Notes: generated from the letters alone by a model not told the origin. Positions 1 to 16,365 are shown, numbered from the whole stretch's first letter. The stretch is 63,986 nucleotides of DNA, filler included, from Octopus bimaculoides (GCF_001194135.2; 6 parts of 6 records of this genome joined end to end with filler, not necessarily neighbours in it), one strand, 5' to 3'. Made by a program: numbers and translations.

Positions 1-44
<44 letters not shown>

Positions 45-310
45 GTGTGTGTGTGAAGAGAAAGAGTAATGATGCGTGTATATATGTAATTCTTTAGTTA
101 AAGTCAGAATTAGTTGGTTAATGTTTCGGCTGAGTCAACTGGGCCAGGTGGGATCATATGTTGAGAGATCCTAAAGCCTGTGAGACCACAGAAACATCAC
201 TGACGATGTACTTCAGAGCATCCGTGAAGTGTATCTCATATGCATATAATATCAAAAAATGTGTTAACTTTGAGATTCAATGCATTTGTGTCTATCTAAA
301 GTGCTGTTCC

Positions 311-393
<83 letters not shown>
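311..393. repeat. (TAG)n microsatellite
   Basis: Perfect trinucleotide array. Confidence 0.98.
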
Positions 394-594
394 ATTTCCC
401 TACTGTGTATTAATCTTGGTAAGTGCAAAGTTTTGTTACTACTTTTTAATAGATTCGTCAGCATTCTCATTGTTCTTTGTATCCCCTCTCGTATCTAATT
501 GGACATCATTAAGAGATACGGTTAAAAATATTATTACTATTTTATTACGATTGTTATTGCTATTGTTATACACACAGACAAATGCGAACATCCG

Positions 595-651
<57 letters not shown>

Positions 652-1414
652 CTGTTGCTTTTTGTATACGATTGTTGCGTTCGTCATGATATTCCAGTAT
701 TATTTGTGTAAGTGCAAAAATGTTCAACCACTGATTGGTTGGCAATTCTCAATCTTTTGTAACTCTAGTTGAAGTCAGTTGATTGACTGGTTAATGTTTC
801 GGCTAATCCTTTGTTGCTTCCCTTGTCTTCTACCAGCTTGTTAATTGGTTCCCAAGATATGCAAGAATACTATATATATATATCTGTATATATATATATA
901 TATACGAACATACACACAAGAGTACAAAAGTAATTTGAAGCTATAAGATAGTTCGACGTTTCGATTTGTAGTCCTTCATCAAGAAAATTCAAAGTATTAA
1001 AATGTAATCAAGACTTTTGTGAGTGTGATAAATTTTTGATTATTTGTTTCCTAATTTGGCTGGTCCATTTAATATTTAATTAGTTGAAGACCTTTCTTGT
1101 TAGATTAATTAATACAAGAACTGTTTTATCCAGTATAGCATAACTAAGACAGCTATCCTGACAGCTGTAACATATTTGGCTCATATACCTCCAGTAGCGT
1201 GTGGTGTACTTCTTTACATTTTCGTCTGTGTCGACGAGGATGTAATATGGTAGTTTCTCCGATAAGCAAATGTTACGTAATTCTCCTCTGTGGGTGTGCT
1301 ATTAAAGCATTTTTATGGCAGTAACCCAGCACAGCCACAGTAATAACTAGAAATAGTAAAATTGTAGCCTATTTACTATTTAATTAAATTTTTATTCAAA
1401 ATTAGACTATTTCA

Positions 1415-1461
<47 letters not shown>

Positions 1462-1565
1462 GTCGTTTGCTGCTTGCTTGCTCGCTCGCTTGCTTGTTTG
1501 CTTGCTCGCTCACTCGCTTGCTTGCTTGCTTGCTTGCTTGTTTGCTTGCTTGCTTGCTTGCTTGA
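1415..1565. repeat. (GCTT)n imperfect microsatellite
   Basis: Tetranucleotide array with GCTC and GTTT variants. Confidence 0.97.
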
Positions 1566-2723
1566 TTCTTGGTTGGGTCATTGGTTCGTTGGTCCATTGG
1601 TTGCTTGGTTAGTTGCTACGTTGGTGCGTTGCTTGGTTGAATTGTCGGTGATCAATTGTTTTTCTTTTTACTATTTGGCAAGATTGTTATAGGGCTGATA
1701 GATGAAATGCTGCTCAGGTTAGGTTAGTTAGGTTTGTTATTAATGTCTCTTTATTTTGTGTAAAAGATTGTTCACTTACTGGCTGGTTATTGGTTGTTAG
1801 CAGATTTATGCATTGCTTCAAGAGCTAAATGGAATAATTGTGTATTTTCTCACTTCATTTTGTCATATAATTAATGGCTTCATCTCTTTGCGAGTTGATT
1901 GCGAAGGTAAGTGTGATTGTTCGAGAATATAAGCTACATTGGTCAAATTGTTGGCTGGTAGCTTTGGTATTTCATTTGGTCCTGGTTTACTTTCTTGCTT
2001 TCCTAAAGAAATCCTCTAATACCTTTTTCGATCAGTTCCTTGTTTTGACAAATGCTCACATAGTCAGTTGTTCGGTTGGTCAACTGTTCAAATGACCAGT
2101 ATTTTGCTCGTAGGTAGATCAGATACTTCCTTGGTCAGCTACATGGTCCCAATCATTTTGGTATATGTATATATATATACGTATACGGATGGTAGGTCTG
2201 TTGTTTGGTACTTAATTCTGTGACCTGAGGGGTACTTGATTGAATGAATAATTGTAACATTGTTCTTTAATTAGTGAATTGCGTTGCTGGTTGGTGCTTG
2301 CTGAATTGGTTAATTTCATTGCGTTGGTCGTTCACTCATTTAGTTGCTTAGTGGTTGTCAGGCAGATTGTCTTCTGTATTCATTAGTCAGATGTTACTAA
2401 GCCTAGAGAATCAACAAAATGACCAATGGACGACCGAGTAAGTGTAATTAAGAACAAATGTATGAAACTATGAATGCTGAAATTAGGTGTGGGAATCCGA
2501 ATGAATGCTGCCTTGTTGTTTTTGATCTTAGTTTCAAAACAGAAATTTTGAAATAAATTATAGAAAGGAAACAAAACAAAATATAAATAAATGAGGAAAA
2601 AACCCATTCAAGATGAAAAATAAAAGAAATAACAGAACCATACAGAAACGAAACAGTTACATATAAAAACAAATCTTAATTTATATGTTAATTAGGTTTG
2701 TATGCATCTTTAAAAATTTCCTG

Positions 2724-2775
<52 letters not shown>

Positions 2776-3353
2776 GAGTCTCTAAGCAAGGCACCTAACC
2801 ATGAGCCGAATGCTATTTGATACTTTTTTTTTGTATTAAATATACTGATAATTACTTTTACCTTACTTATTATATTTGTCATGTTGTTATTGTTGCTCGT
2901 TCTACAATTCATTGCCACTTCACTAGTAATACATTAACACTCTGCCGGTGTCTGTTAATTTTTCGCTTGGATTCCTAATTTCAGAAATATGTTTAAATAT
3001 ATGCAAATACATATTCACATATGCACACACAGCTATGCAGCAGTTTATTAAAATAAATGTACACGTGCGCATCTTGATTGCTTTGTTTACAGTTAGCTAT
3101 CTCCTCAATCTACTGTTTATATTTTTGCTGTAGCTGTAAATGTGCAATTTTTCTTTTACTATTTAGCTGTTAATGTCGTTATTGCTGATTCGTGTAGCTA
3201 TTCCTGCTTGTTGTTGATAGCTTTGTTGCTTTGTTGAAGATCTTGTTAAAGAAATCTTCTTTACTCTTATTATTTTTTGACAGTTAAAAAATTATTCCAC
3301 TGAGCGCAGCCGATTATTTTAAACATATGTCTGTCTGTCTCATTAACTGAATG

Positions 3354-3389
<36 letters not shown>

Positions 3390-4057
3390 AGTGAGTAAAC
3401 GTAAATATATCAAGATGCTCTCCTTATAATGAAATTTATTATTTTATTTTAATATCGTTGTCTGGCTTGCTGGAGTGATTTCACAACGACTAAATGTATA
3501 TTTGATAAGAAAGAAATTCCTTGATTGGCTTGAGGAAAAGCAAATATGACTAAACAATAATCATATTATGTTATATCATATTATATTTTATTACATTATA
3601 TTATAAGACACATACAGTGCTTGTCCATTTGCAACAGCATCGGTGCATGTATCTATGTGTGAATGCGCTATGTGTTTTTGTTTACCCTGCGAATGTGTGC
3701 GTCTGTGTATTTCTATATGCCTATTTACAAGAGAAAACTATCTTGTATTTAAAACTAAGTGTTATTTGAATGTCTGGAAGCGAATTTGTGTCACTGTGTG
3801 TGATTGCGATTAAAAGAAACATGACTTTGCGGGACGGCAAGGAGTGAATGCATTTGAGTATAAACATGTATAGAATATAAGCATTAACGTCAACTTACAT
3901 GCGCAAATATGTGTACATGTGCTTGTGTTTATATAGGTTTTCTCATTAAGTGTATATATGTTTGTGTGTGTATATATACAAACATATATATATATATATA
4001 TATATATTTATGTATTTATATATATATATATTTATATATATATATATATAAATATAT

Positions 4058-4129
<72 letters not shown>

Positions 4130-5926
4130 GTCAAAAGATTACGATTGTGTATGCGTGTTGTTTAGTACACCTATAAATGTGAGTGTATGTCTGAAAATCA
4201 GAAGATATATTTAAATGTGAACAGAAAGGGAAGAATTAAAGAGGGAAGCAAGAATAAAAAATAAAAGGGGCATACAGTTTGTATATCACAGAAAAAGATG
4301 GGGAGAGAGCAACTTAGACAGATAATACGATTTACAGAGAAGGAGAATCAGAGGTAAAGAGGGTGAGAGAGAGAACAATGACGAGCGTTAATCAAAACAA
4401 AAGATGAAAAATTACTATAAATCGCTGATAGGCAGAAATATTGAAACGAGGTATAAGTAGTCTATATGCATTAGTTGCACATGACTTTTGTTTATATTCT
4501 ATATAATCTTTTTCTTTTAAAAATGCACTTTGCCTTAACCTGTTTACTAGCATCAGTAATGCTCCCACAACAAACTACATAAAATGAATATACATATAAA
4601 ACGTATTATGTTACTTATATATTTTTAAAATACGTATATATACATATATGCATACATATTTTATAAAAACAGTTCGACAAAACCTTCCCAAAACAAAAAA
4701 CAACGTACAAAGAATAAAACGAAAAGAAAATAAATACACTAATAAGGCAACACACCGACAACCACGACGACACGAACGTGTAATTACTGCTGTCTATGAG
4801 TAGAAACAACTTGGAGCAGCACGCTTCTTTCTTTAAGCCTCGTTATCACAGCCTTATTTACTTTTCTCCGTATAACTAACATCTTTAGTTGGCAATATTT
4901 TACACACCTTAGTGCAACTGGCAGGTTGCACCTTACACTTTACACTATCATACATATCCTTTTCACTCAGATTAGCAACAACAAGAACAACAACTTACTG
5001 CATGCAGTCTGACTAATCTATAATGATTTTTTTTTCCTTTCTGTGTTTTGGTTTTCCTTCGGGGTTTTTAAGGGAGGTGGGGGTTCATTTTTTTTTTCTA
5101 TTTTGTTTTAATTTCTTTTTCTACACATTTTTATCTTGGGTTATTCCTGATTTCACTGTTCTCTATCTCTTATTCCACTCACCCACACATCACACTACTA
5201 CTACTACTACTACTACTATAACTACTACTACAACTACTACTACTACTACTGGTTCCTATCTATTTCTGAAATACATCTCTATATTTCATTCCGTTGTCGA
5301 TGTCATCTTCACCATCATCATCATCATTATCATCATCATTGTCGTCTTCGTCGTTGTCGTCATCGTCGTCATCATTATCAATAACAACATCGTTAAAAGA
5401 ATCAACAGTAACGAAGTCTTGTCATTATTTTCTAAAATCATTAGTAGTATTATTATTATCATTATTAGAAGTAGAGCTATCGTTACTTTTATTTATAACA
5501 CTTATTTCTTTTTTACATTTAATGATTTATTTTTTACCTGGCTTCCTCTCCTCTCTAAAATCACTCATGTTTCATTAAACACACTAGCACGCACGCTATA
5601 TATATATATGTATGTGTGTGTATGTGTGTGTGTGTATGTGTGTGTGTGCGTGTGTAAGTGCGTGATGTGAGCATGAGTAAATACATACACATGCAGGATA
5701 TCTATGTACATATACATACACGCATTGAACTCTACTCATTAATGTCAGAATATTCTTGTTTATATTATCAGCATTGCTATTCTAGTTATTTATTCCAGTT
5801 ATCTCATTATCTGTCTGTCAATCAATCTATCTGCAACACTATTCATTTCTGTGTATATAACTAACTGAAGATGTATATCATTAGATCCATAGTCAATACT
5901 GCGTACATACATACGTATATATATAT

Positions 5927-5977
<51 letters not shown>

Positions 5978-6394
5978 TGTGTGTGTGTGTGTATATATAT
6001 ATGCATATATATGCATATATATATATATATATATATATNNNNNNNNNNNNNNNNNNNNNNNNNNNNNNNNNNNNNNNNNNNNNNNNNNNNNNNNNNNNNN
6101 NNNNNNNNNNNNNNNNNNNNNNNNNNNNNNNNNNNNNNNNNNNNNNNNNNNNNNNNNNNNNNNNNNNNNNNNNNNNNNNNNNNNNNNNNNNNNNNNNNNN
6201 NNNNNNNNNNNNNNNNNNNNNNNNNNNNNNNNNNNNNNNNNNNNNNNNNNNNNNNNNNNNNNNNNNNNNNNNNNNNNNNNNNNNNNNNNNNNNNNNNNNN
6301 NNNNNNNNNNNNNNNNNNNNNNNNNNNNNNNNNNNNNNNNNNNNNNNNNNNNNNNNNNNNNNNNNNNNNNNNNNNNNNNNNNNNNNNNNNNNNN

Positions 6395-6442
<48 letters not shown>

Positions 6443-7406
6443 TGTATGTGTCTGAGTGTTGGTGTGCGCATGTTTATACATATGTGTTTCATCGAGAGGG
6501 AATATTCACATAAATTGATACGATGTGGATTCATGGCGATATCTCATGTATTCCACACAATGTAATCAGTTCCTTCCAGCATCCTTGTTGATTCGCCAAT
6601 GATATCGGAAACAACGGTTTTCCATGTGTAACAATTGGTGTATGCATGCATAAATATACCTACACACTCAGACACATATGTACACAAACGAAGATAGTTA
6701 TACAGTGCTACACTCGCAGCCATCACATATGCACATATATATATGATAAATATATACTTAATACAAATATACATTTACAAGTACATAAAAGTATGTAGCT
6801 ACATTCGATATATGCCACAGATGCAGTATTAAATTAAAATAGTTATCTGTGCATCACACTTAACCCAAACAAATTGTTGAAAGGTAATTTACTGCAACAT
6901 TTGTCAATAGATAACGTCTCTTATTTATATGATCTGTTCCAAATCTCAATATATAACGAAGAGAAACGAATATCGTCGCAGCAGCGGCCAGGGAGCACTC
7001 CTGCGTGTACTCACTGCCAGCTACATGCCTAGATGAGATTTTCGTCGTCTCAGAAATATATGAAACAAATAAATGAACATTCATTGTTATTGTGAATAAC
7101 CACCCAGCTGAATAAAAATCCGTTATATGCAATAGATGGCCTAGTTGGGCGACAAACATATACGCTTTTCGTGTAGAAGCCAGCGGATGTTTGAAAACAG
7201 TAGGAAGGGTGGACAGGGAGGTTTTGGATTATTATTCTCTTTTTTTTTTTGCGTTAAGAAAATTGTAGACTGGTAGTACTGCGTGGTCAGGATCACGTAA
7301 ATCACCGCGCTGAGAGTTTCTGTGGTACAGACGTCGCTTGAAAAGTGTTTTGTACAATAACATGTAAGAATAGTATCAGAAGGAAATAAGATTGCACAAT
7401 GGGGAG

Positions 7407-7476
<70 letters not shown>

Positions 7477-8261
7477 GTGTACAAAGAATGAGAGCAAAAG
7501 AGAAACAGACAGACAGGCAGAGACGGAAACGCCGGACGAAATGCTATATTGCAAAGTATTTCGTTTTGTTCTGCAGCAACACTGCTATTTCGCCTTCTTG
7601 CATGTCCATGTTAATTATCTGGTAATCAATCCTTAACCAATCCTACAAAATTTCTTACCAGAAAAACAATTTTGTTAGTAATCCTTTATGTAGATTAATC
7701 AGCAATAATATCCTAGGTTTTATTATTTTACCACTAAAACATTAACTAGTTTTAAATAATAGTGTCTCTGCCAAAGGCTGTTTCAACAATTTCAGTAACA
7801 AACGTTATATTTTCTTCTCAGTCTAATTTTATATCAGAATTCTAACTCTGCGAGACAAACTGCTTCTCGTTTCTAATTTCATTTTCATAAGTAAATTTGA
7901 TATCATGATTAATATGCTTGGAAGGAAAACCTTTTCAAGTCTTTGATAACTTATTCTACGTTAAAAAGAATTAAGGTTGATTTCGAACTGGTGGGCTTTC
8001 TACAGTAGAGTAACTTTTTTTTATTTTGAAATTTAAGTGGTTTATACTATGTCCTAGTTCCAGTTTCAATTAATTACCAGAAATTGTAAGCAAGGTTTAT
8101 ATTTACCTTACAACAACTGATCTGGCTGTCTGCAGTCCAAGTTCAGATCCTAACGAGATTGTTAACTTTGCTGTTATTCTTTCCGAAATGGTCATGCTGA
8201 AACGCTAATTTTTCTTCACAACTGCAACTAGTGTATGATGCTTTGAAAATGTGCTCTCTTA

Positions 8262-8545
8262 GAGCGTGGAAATGCTCCAACACACCCTGCTAATGTGATC
8301 CAGCGCAAGCTTGAGAAACTTGATGGGATAGAAGTGCTCCCTCATCCTGCCTACAGTCCAGACATTGCACCATCAAATTACCACTTTTCCGAGCTATGAC
8401 TCGTTTTCTCCCCATTGCAGCAACATTGATGAGGTTGAAAACGGGCACAGGGAGTGTTTTGGGGTTTTTTGCCTCTAAATCAATCAAATGGTAAAAGCGT
8501 GGTTTCGGCGCAACGATAGCAACAGACAACAGAATATGATGGGAT
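8262..8545 (+). mobile_element. Mariner transposase C-terminal remnant
   Basis: Translates as GNAPTHPANVIQRKLEKLDGIEVLPHPAYSPDIAPSNYHF, matching the mariner HDNA..H and YSPDLAP motifs. It is frameshifted downstream. Confidence 0.9.
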
Positions 8546-9311
8546 ATATTTTGTCGAATAAGGGCTTTTCATATGTAATTGAAAAAGACTTATAACTGAG
8601 CCTGGTATATATATATATATATATATATATATAGGCATACATACATGTATGTATGTATGTNNNNNNNNNNNNNNNNNNNNNNNNNNNNNNNNNNNNNNNN
8701 NNNNNNNNNNNNNNNNNNNNNNNNNNNNNNNNNNNNNNNNNNNNNNNNNNNNNNNNNNNNNNNNNNNNNNNNNNNNNNNNNNNNNNNNNNNNNNNNNNNN
8801 NNNNNNNNNNNNNNNNNNNNNNNNNNNNNNNNNNNNNNNNNNNNNNNNNNNNNNNNNNNNNNNNNNNNNNNNNNNNNNNNNNNNNNNNNNNNNNNNNNNN
8901 NNNNNNNNNNNNNNNNNNNNNNNNNNNNNNNNNNNNNNNNNNNNNNNNNNNNNNNNNNNNNNNNNNNNNNNNNNNNNNNNNNNNNNNNNNNNNNNNNNNN
9001 NNNNNNNNNNNNNNNNNNNNNNNNNNNNNNNNNNNNGATGATGCTTTAGACATAAAAATCTGAAACAAAATTTTTAAAATTTTAAATTTACGGAAGTTGA
9101 TTATAATAAAATTGATTCAAAACCTCTCCCCAAATTGTTTATCTAAATTTTCTAAACAAAATCCCAATCTACGAGTAGTACATTGAAAACTCATCCCTTC
9201 AAAATTTCGGGAAATAGCGTGTATTCTTCAGCAGTTTATAAGAAAATCTGAGGCTAATCATCTCTTTCTCTCTTTCTTTATTTTCATAAGTGTGTATGTG
9301 TATATGTGTGC

Positions 9312-9390
<79 letters not shown>

Positions 9391-12300
9391 GAGAGAGGGA
9401 GAAATGAAAATGAGTTAGCGTGCGAACATCCACGATATTAAACCAACACGGGGTGTAATTTTGTCTGTTTTGTTAGATTTTTTTTTCAAATATACTGTGT
9501 GGTAAGATTAAGATATGTGAAATTCATGATCTTTTAAGTTGTACTAAAAGTTTCATGCACTATTTAAAATTTAACTTGCAAGGAATGCAACATGTGAATG
9601 TATTTCGACGAGTTATAAATCGAACTACTATAATAAGGATTTTCATTATGTTTTCTATTTCATTCCATAGTTAAGGTTGTTAAAAGCAGAACATGATCGT
9701 ATATCGGTGCAAAATAATATCATAGCCTGTTTATGTTGTAACGCGACACAAATCATAAGTCTGTTTTTATTTCTTGCTCATAGACTTTACCATATTTACC
9801 GAAGCCTTTTCTCTGACATACTTAGCATATACACGATGTCGATAGCCAGTTACTGCAGTATTTGGCCTAATATTAGATGTCTTATGAATCGCTGCATTAA
9901 AAACACAATAAATATAAGCAAGGTCATAACAGGTGTTAATATTAGAAGTTCATAAGGGATGTTATCTTATCGCAAATACCACAGTCAATGGATTATCGAG
10001 AGTGGATATATTTTAAGTATGATACATAAATGGCTATTTCATTTGAATAATTTCTCATTTGTGTATACCGGAGTTTTCTTTCTTTATCTCACCTGCCAAA
10101 TCAAGAAGCAAATTCTTCCACGTAGTCGCCCATCCTGCTATAATTAGTAGCATCATTTTCTTCAAGAGACCATTTGTAATGTAATCCTAAATAGACCTAA
10201 AACGATGGGATTCAGGGATCAATGGCTTTTGTTGATAGGTCTTCTGGTGCTAAACAACACACACTTTTATTAGGCGTACAAAAATATTGTAAATGAAGGG
10301 CCTAATAGATATGAAAGGGATGGAGTCTATAGCTAAAATATTAACTCGTACCATGCAATTACTCCACAGTTATGTATTTACATAATCACAGTCACCTATT
10401 TGGATAATTGATGCTCCCGGATGAAATACACTCAATGAAAGGTCTATTCTATCCGTTTTAACTGGGTTAAGCAAGAACAAAATTACAATCAATACTGGTG
10501 TAAAAATAAATGTAAATCTATGTTTTCATACACTTTCATCATTCAAAGACATTGAGATGTTTTCTTAGCTTAAAATACTCGAATTACAGATACTAATTTG
10601 ACACTACATAACCTAAATTAAGAGGAGGTTACAACAATCATTCTTCTTCGGTTAGATGTCTTCAGAAGTGCTTGATATTCTATTTTAATTTCTACTGATA
10701 TCTATTTCACTTCACCTAAATCGTTAATTTTATGTGGAGACAGTGTGAAGCAGATTTTACAGCATAAGAACAACTCATGCACATGTAATCTTCTAACACA
10801 TTTAGGAAAGTCTATACTATCACAGTTAATCATCTGAGATACAAAATTCATAATAATTTGAAGTAAAAAACATATCATTGTGCTTTTTTTGCTTGTGATG
10901 TATTAATCAGTTTATATAAAGAAGAGAATCCAAGTGAAAGTTTACATACGCTTGAAACAGAGACACAACAACTCAAAAAATTTGATTGACGGAAACCAAA
11001 TCCACAGATTTGAGGACGCTTATCATCTTTACAACATATGTATATCGCTGAGCTATTGGATAGTCCAACAAATTTATTTCTCATGCATAAGGATTTATCA
11101 TAAAATAACGATCACAAAACCTGAGATATAAGGTACACAAATGGTGTGAGATCTAGGTGTTTGATGTTCTAAGTTCATGTGTCTGATAAAGTAATTGAAA
11201 GTAACATGTGATTGTCAAGTAAGAAATTTAACGTTACTTTGTCGAAATTAATTATCTCATGATTGACTGTAAGGAGTCAAATTTTTGAGGCTGTGTTCAG
11301 ACGAGATTATATGTGTTTATTGCTTTCAAGCGCATGAAATTAAATGGTTAACATTGGGAGTCGAAATCGAGGAGATACAAGTATCAGTAAAATACAGAGC
11401 TAGTCAATTAATAATTGTGTCCTTACCTTGTAAAAGTGTGTTCAATTTTCGTTTGTTATTGGAATATGATAAAAGAGCTCACATTTTAGCTCCGCTCCAA
11501 CGAATTATAACCTAAAGAAATTGTTTGGTATATATAGAGAGCATATGGTGTAAAGTAGTAGATCGTATATATTCACATGCATCTAGCCAATTCATCATTG
11601 CAGAAAGCATATCATTCTTTATTCTGAAACCTTTGAAAAGGTATTTGCTTTTGTTAGTCGAGTGTGAAATTGATTTTCCAATTCAATTAATTTAATGAAT
11701 TATTTACTACTACATTAAAGTAAAATATAGCAATACAAAGAAAATAGAAAAACAATTTTAACTAAGGAAAGTTCACGGTTAACGATTACCGTTGTTTTTC
11801 TAGCCACAATCTAGAACAATGGTTAATGCTAAGCGGATATTTGGGTCGTACATAGAAATTGTACATAATTTATGTTACACGTATGAATGTTGTGTTGGGT
11901 TGTGCGTGCAATTCGGATTGCTCTATTTATAAATTGTATTGAACTGTGCATAGAATTGAGATAGTTGTATAAGTTAACGAAAGTGTGATTGAAAAGGAGT
12001 AGAAAATAATTTTATACTGCTTCCTATTACTTTCCGAACAGGTATTATTTAATAATTTTTTATTTGTATTATTAAAATTTGTTTAACTTTGTTGTATAGA
12101 TTTATTTTTACATTTTGTTATTGTTTTCTTCTTCGTTTCTTAATCGTGATTAAAAATAATATTCAAAACCATTTTAAAGAAAACCAATTATGTAAAATAT
12201 TAATGGAAACAGTTTAAAATCTGGAAGTTGCATCACATCGATAATAAGTGTTAAACGTTTTCAAATACTTTTCACAGAAAAAAAACTTAGCAATGGGATT

Positions 12301-14386
12301 AGTGAGATACAATTGTAATTATCCATCATATTTCAACTATTTGCAAAAAATTTGAAATCTAATTAAAACGGTGAAAATAACGCTACAAAAGCTGCTAGAA
12401 TAAAACAGAAATAATATAATNNNNNNNNNNNNNNNNNNNNNNNNNNNNNNNNNNNNNNNNNNNNNNNNNNNNNNNNNNNNNNNNNNNNNNNNNNNNNNNN
12501 NNNNNNNNNNNNNNNNNNNNNNNNNNNNNNNNNNNNNNNNNTATATATATATATATGCGCACGCGCGTGTGTCTGTGAATGTATGTATGTATATGTGTTT
12601 GTGGGCGAGCGTGCATCCATGTGTGCAATTTATTCGATGATTTCAGGTTTGTAGTTACATTAGAGATTAGTTATAAGGAAACAGGAAAAAAATCACCGTT
12701 TACGATAAGCATTGCCATCAGTCCCAAATTGGTAACATTCGAATCAAAACTCACTTGACCCTATACTAACTTGTTATAATGACTTTTGCGATTCTCAACA
12801 ATGGTTAAAATTTATCCACAAATTTATTGCTGTTTCAAAACGAATTAAAGTGTACTGCAATATTTACAAACATGTAAGAAAAGTAATACGTAAACACAAA
12901 TATTTTTGTGATTTGTTATTAAAAGTTAACTAAAACAAAATCGTTAACCTCATTTCATTTCGAACGTTTAGCAATTAGACTATTATTATGAAAGAAGAAA
13001 ATATGTGAAATATAAAAAACAGCTATATGAATAGCTGCTTGGCTTTCTGTCATACATGTGTATATTGTTAGTAATTTATTTCGCAAACCTGCATAAAACT
13101 TATTTCATTGTTTTGCTTTCTCAATGCATGTTTAGACACGTGTGTGACTGAAGTGGCAAGGAAGCAAATCATTATTAATATAACTTATAGACATGTACTT
13201 TTTTATTCCCCTATTTTCTCTGAAGACAGTCTCACGTACACACACACACAGACACAAATACACACGTGCACAAGCATCAGGTGCGCATATATAATAGAAA
13301 GTGAAACTGGGTAGATATTAAGGTTTAACTTTACATCTGAGACTAGTGAAAATAAAGCAATATCTATGTAATCAGGAAAGTTTCAGCATCATTTACATGT
13401 TACGGCTGGAATATTTTCTGTTTCTACTAGATACTTTTTTGGTGACTGAGGGAGACAGTTGATGACATCGACCCTAGTACTCAACTGTTACTTATTATAT
13501 CGACCCAAAAGGATGAAAGGCGTAGTCGACGTCAGTGGAATCTGGATGACTCTGCCTCACTGTTGACAACAATCACACGATTATATTTCGTTTTGATATA
13601 TATTTGTCTGCAGTGCCTGTGAAAGAATCTAAGTTAAAGTTAGGTAGCATCTGCAACGTAAGTGGTAAGTACCTAAAAACAATAAGAGTCTACCAAATAT
13701 CTTTTCGTATGTTACTAATTTAAACTTTTTATAATTACTTTCTGTCCTTAGTCTACTATAAATTCTCTTCTTACGCAATATCATATGGCTTTTTTTTTAT
13801 TTTACGCTTTGTAAAAAGAGAAATGATAGCTTCCATAACTTTTTTCAGGGCCTCCTGAACTGTGCTGAGAAAAGAAGTAGTTATTCTCCAGATGGAGTTT
13901 TAGCCAGTATTACTCTTTCACAGCCAATTGAGTTTGTGATAATTTTTCGACCAATGGAGGATCGCCTCCTTGGAGACAAAAGACAAGAAATATGATATAA
14001 TAAAATGAGATGACAATTGTACGTTAATAATAGAATTACTATTAAAAAAAGTTAAATAATAACAATATCTTAACAAATTTTAAGAAAAACATACAATGAA
14101 CTGAAATGACAGTTATGTTAGTAACTAATTGTCAATAAAAAACATTAATTAATACCAATATTAAAATATTATAAAAAAACCTTCAGCGGATTAATCATGC
14201 TGGATGTAAGGGGGACAATCAATTCCTGACAGTTACCTCCCTTTTTAACGTAACCCAGGAAAGGGAGTTTTCTTCTCCCAGAGAGCCCATTACTCATTAT
14301 GTGAAAAATTTTATGAGTCTAAAACCGTCTCTAGAACATATCAGAAGTTATGCGGGTTTGCACGCACACGTATACAACCTCACTTT

Positions 14387-14430
<44 letters not shown>

Positions 14431-14605
14431 NNNNNNNNNNNNNNNNNNNNNNNNNNNNNNNNNNNNNNNNNNNNNNNNNNNNNNNNNNNNNNNNNNNNNN
14501 NNNNNNNNNNNNNNNNNNNNNNNNNNNNNNNNNNNNNNNNNNNNNNNNNNNNNNNNNNNNNNNNNNNNNNNNNNNNNNNNNNNNNNNNNNNNNNNNNNNN
14601 NNNNN

Positions 14606-14644
<39 letters not shown>

Positions 14645-16047
14645 AAGACTACTTTTCAAATGGCATCGCTTCAGACTCCTGATATATTTAATATATCACA
14701 TGATAATTTGGGGGATATATGTGACCACTCCAAAAAATAACAAGTTACCTCCTGGAATAAAACGGATTTATAAACATTTTAACATATTTTCCCAGAAGAA
14801 CAGATTTAAGTAACGCTATGAAAATCCATTATCATAATTATTATCAACATTAGAAAATATTTTCTAAAACAACATAGACATAACTAGCATCTTACAAAAG
14901 ACAAATTACGTTACCGACTACATTTATTATCTTGTATAAATATTTACACACGACATGCATACAAAAACATTGGCACCACACAAGGATATAGAAACTAATA
15001 TTAAAATACGGTAAAATATATTGAGCACTAACTCACATATCATTAGACAAAATAAGCAAACGATGTTAAATGATTCATCATCTATATCAGCAACGTCTGC
15101 ACACCCTACTCTTTCTAATTGAAATGAATGGCAAACTGCAGAAAAACCAGTATATATCTACACGTATAGACGTACTGCAAAAACCATATACGCGACATAG
15201 CAGCTAAATATATATTTACGAGCCAGAGAACCTTTATGTGGTTTCTCGAAGTGCAAAAAAAACAAACAATAGCAGTCAAATCTCTTTTAAATCATAATCA
15301 GCCGACAGCAGAAGAGAAAGGACACTCATTATGCAGTCCAAACATAAGATATTTAGGGGTGGACCGTTTATAATATATAAAATGTGTTGGGTACTTATAT
15401 CTGCTGACATCACACTCACTTACATATACACACACACGCACACTCAAACGAATACACAGATACACAGACACACACATACATACATACATACATACTTACA
15501 TACATACAAAAATACACTGTTATTGAAATTCCAATGAAGGAAACTTGGATCTAGGTTAGAGACCGGTTCCTTCTCTATTGGCAAGAAATCTTGAAATAAA
15601 CTGAATAATGACATACATACATATAAATTGATTATGTACCCAGGCGGTAATTCAAATCTTACTATCGCGCACACATCTGAACAAACGAAAGAACCTAATC
15701 AATTACAGCCATAAGATTGTCAGAACATTGAGGATCTCTTATAAATAGGCCTTGGAAGTAACTTAATCAAACTCTTCGGAAGGGATTCTCTAAATCTATA
15801 CTCTATTAACACACGAGGCTTCCAATTTTAACCATCCATTTCTCACCTTAACTACCTGACATGTTTCTATTTCACTTATTCAATTTGTTTCTAAAATATT
15901 TGTGCCTGATGGCCATATTCCCCCTCTCTCTCATCTCACTCTCTCTCTCTCTCTCTCTNNNNNNNNNNCTCACTCTCTCTCTCTCTCTAACTATCTATAC
16001 TTGTATATATATATATTTGATAATCTGTACCAACAGCAACAACAACG

Positions 16048-16104
<57 letters not shown>

Positions 16105-16204
16105 ATAATACTTGCGAAAAACAAGTGTCATTTTGTAATTATACGTATCTATGTCCGTATGCACGTGTATATATGTATATCCATACATATGTATGTGAGT
16201 GTAT

Positions 16205-16365
16205 GTCAGGCGTGGCTATTTGGATAAAGCTTCCTTCACAATCACATAGTTCCGATTTCAGTCCCACAACGTGACAACTTGGGCAAATGTCTTCTACTAT
16301 AGCCTCGGGCCCACAAATGCCTTGAGAGTGGATTTGGTAGACGGAAACTGAAAGCCCGTCGTATA
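16205..16365 (+). mobile_element. SINE family A 5' half
   Basis: Head through TTGGGCAAATGTCTTCTACTATAGCC to GGAAACTGAAAGCCCGTCGTAT. Confidence 0.8.
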
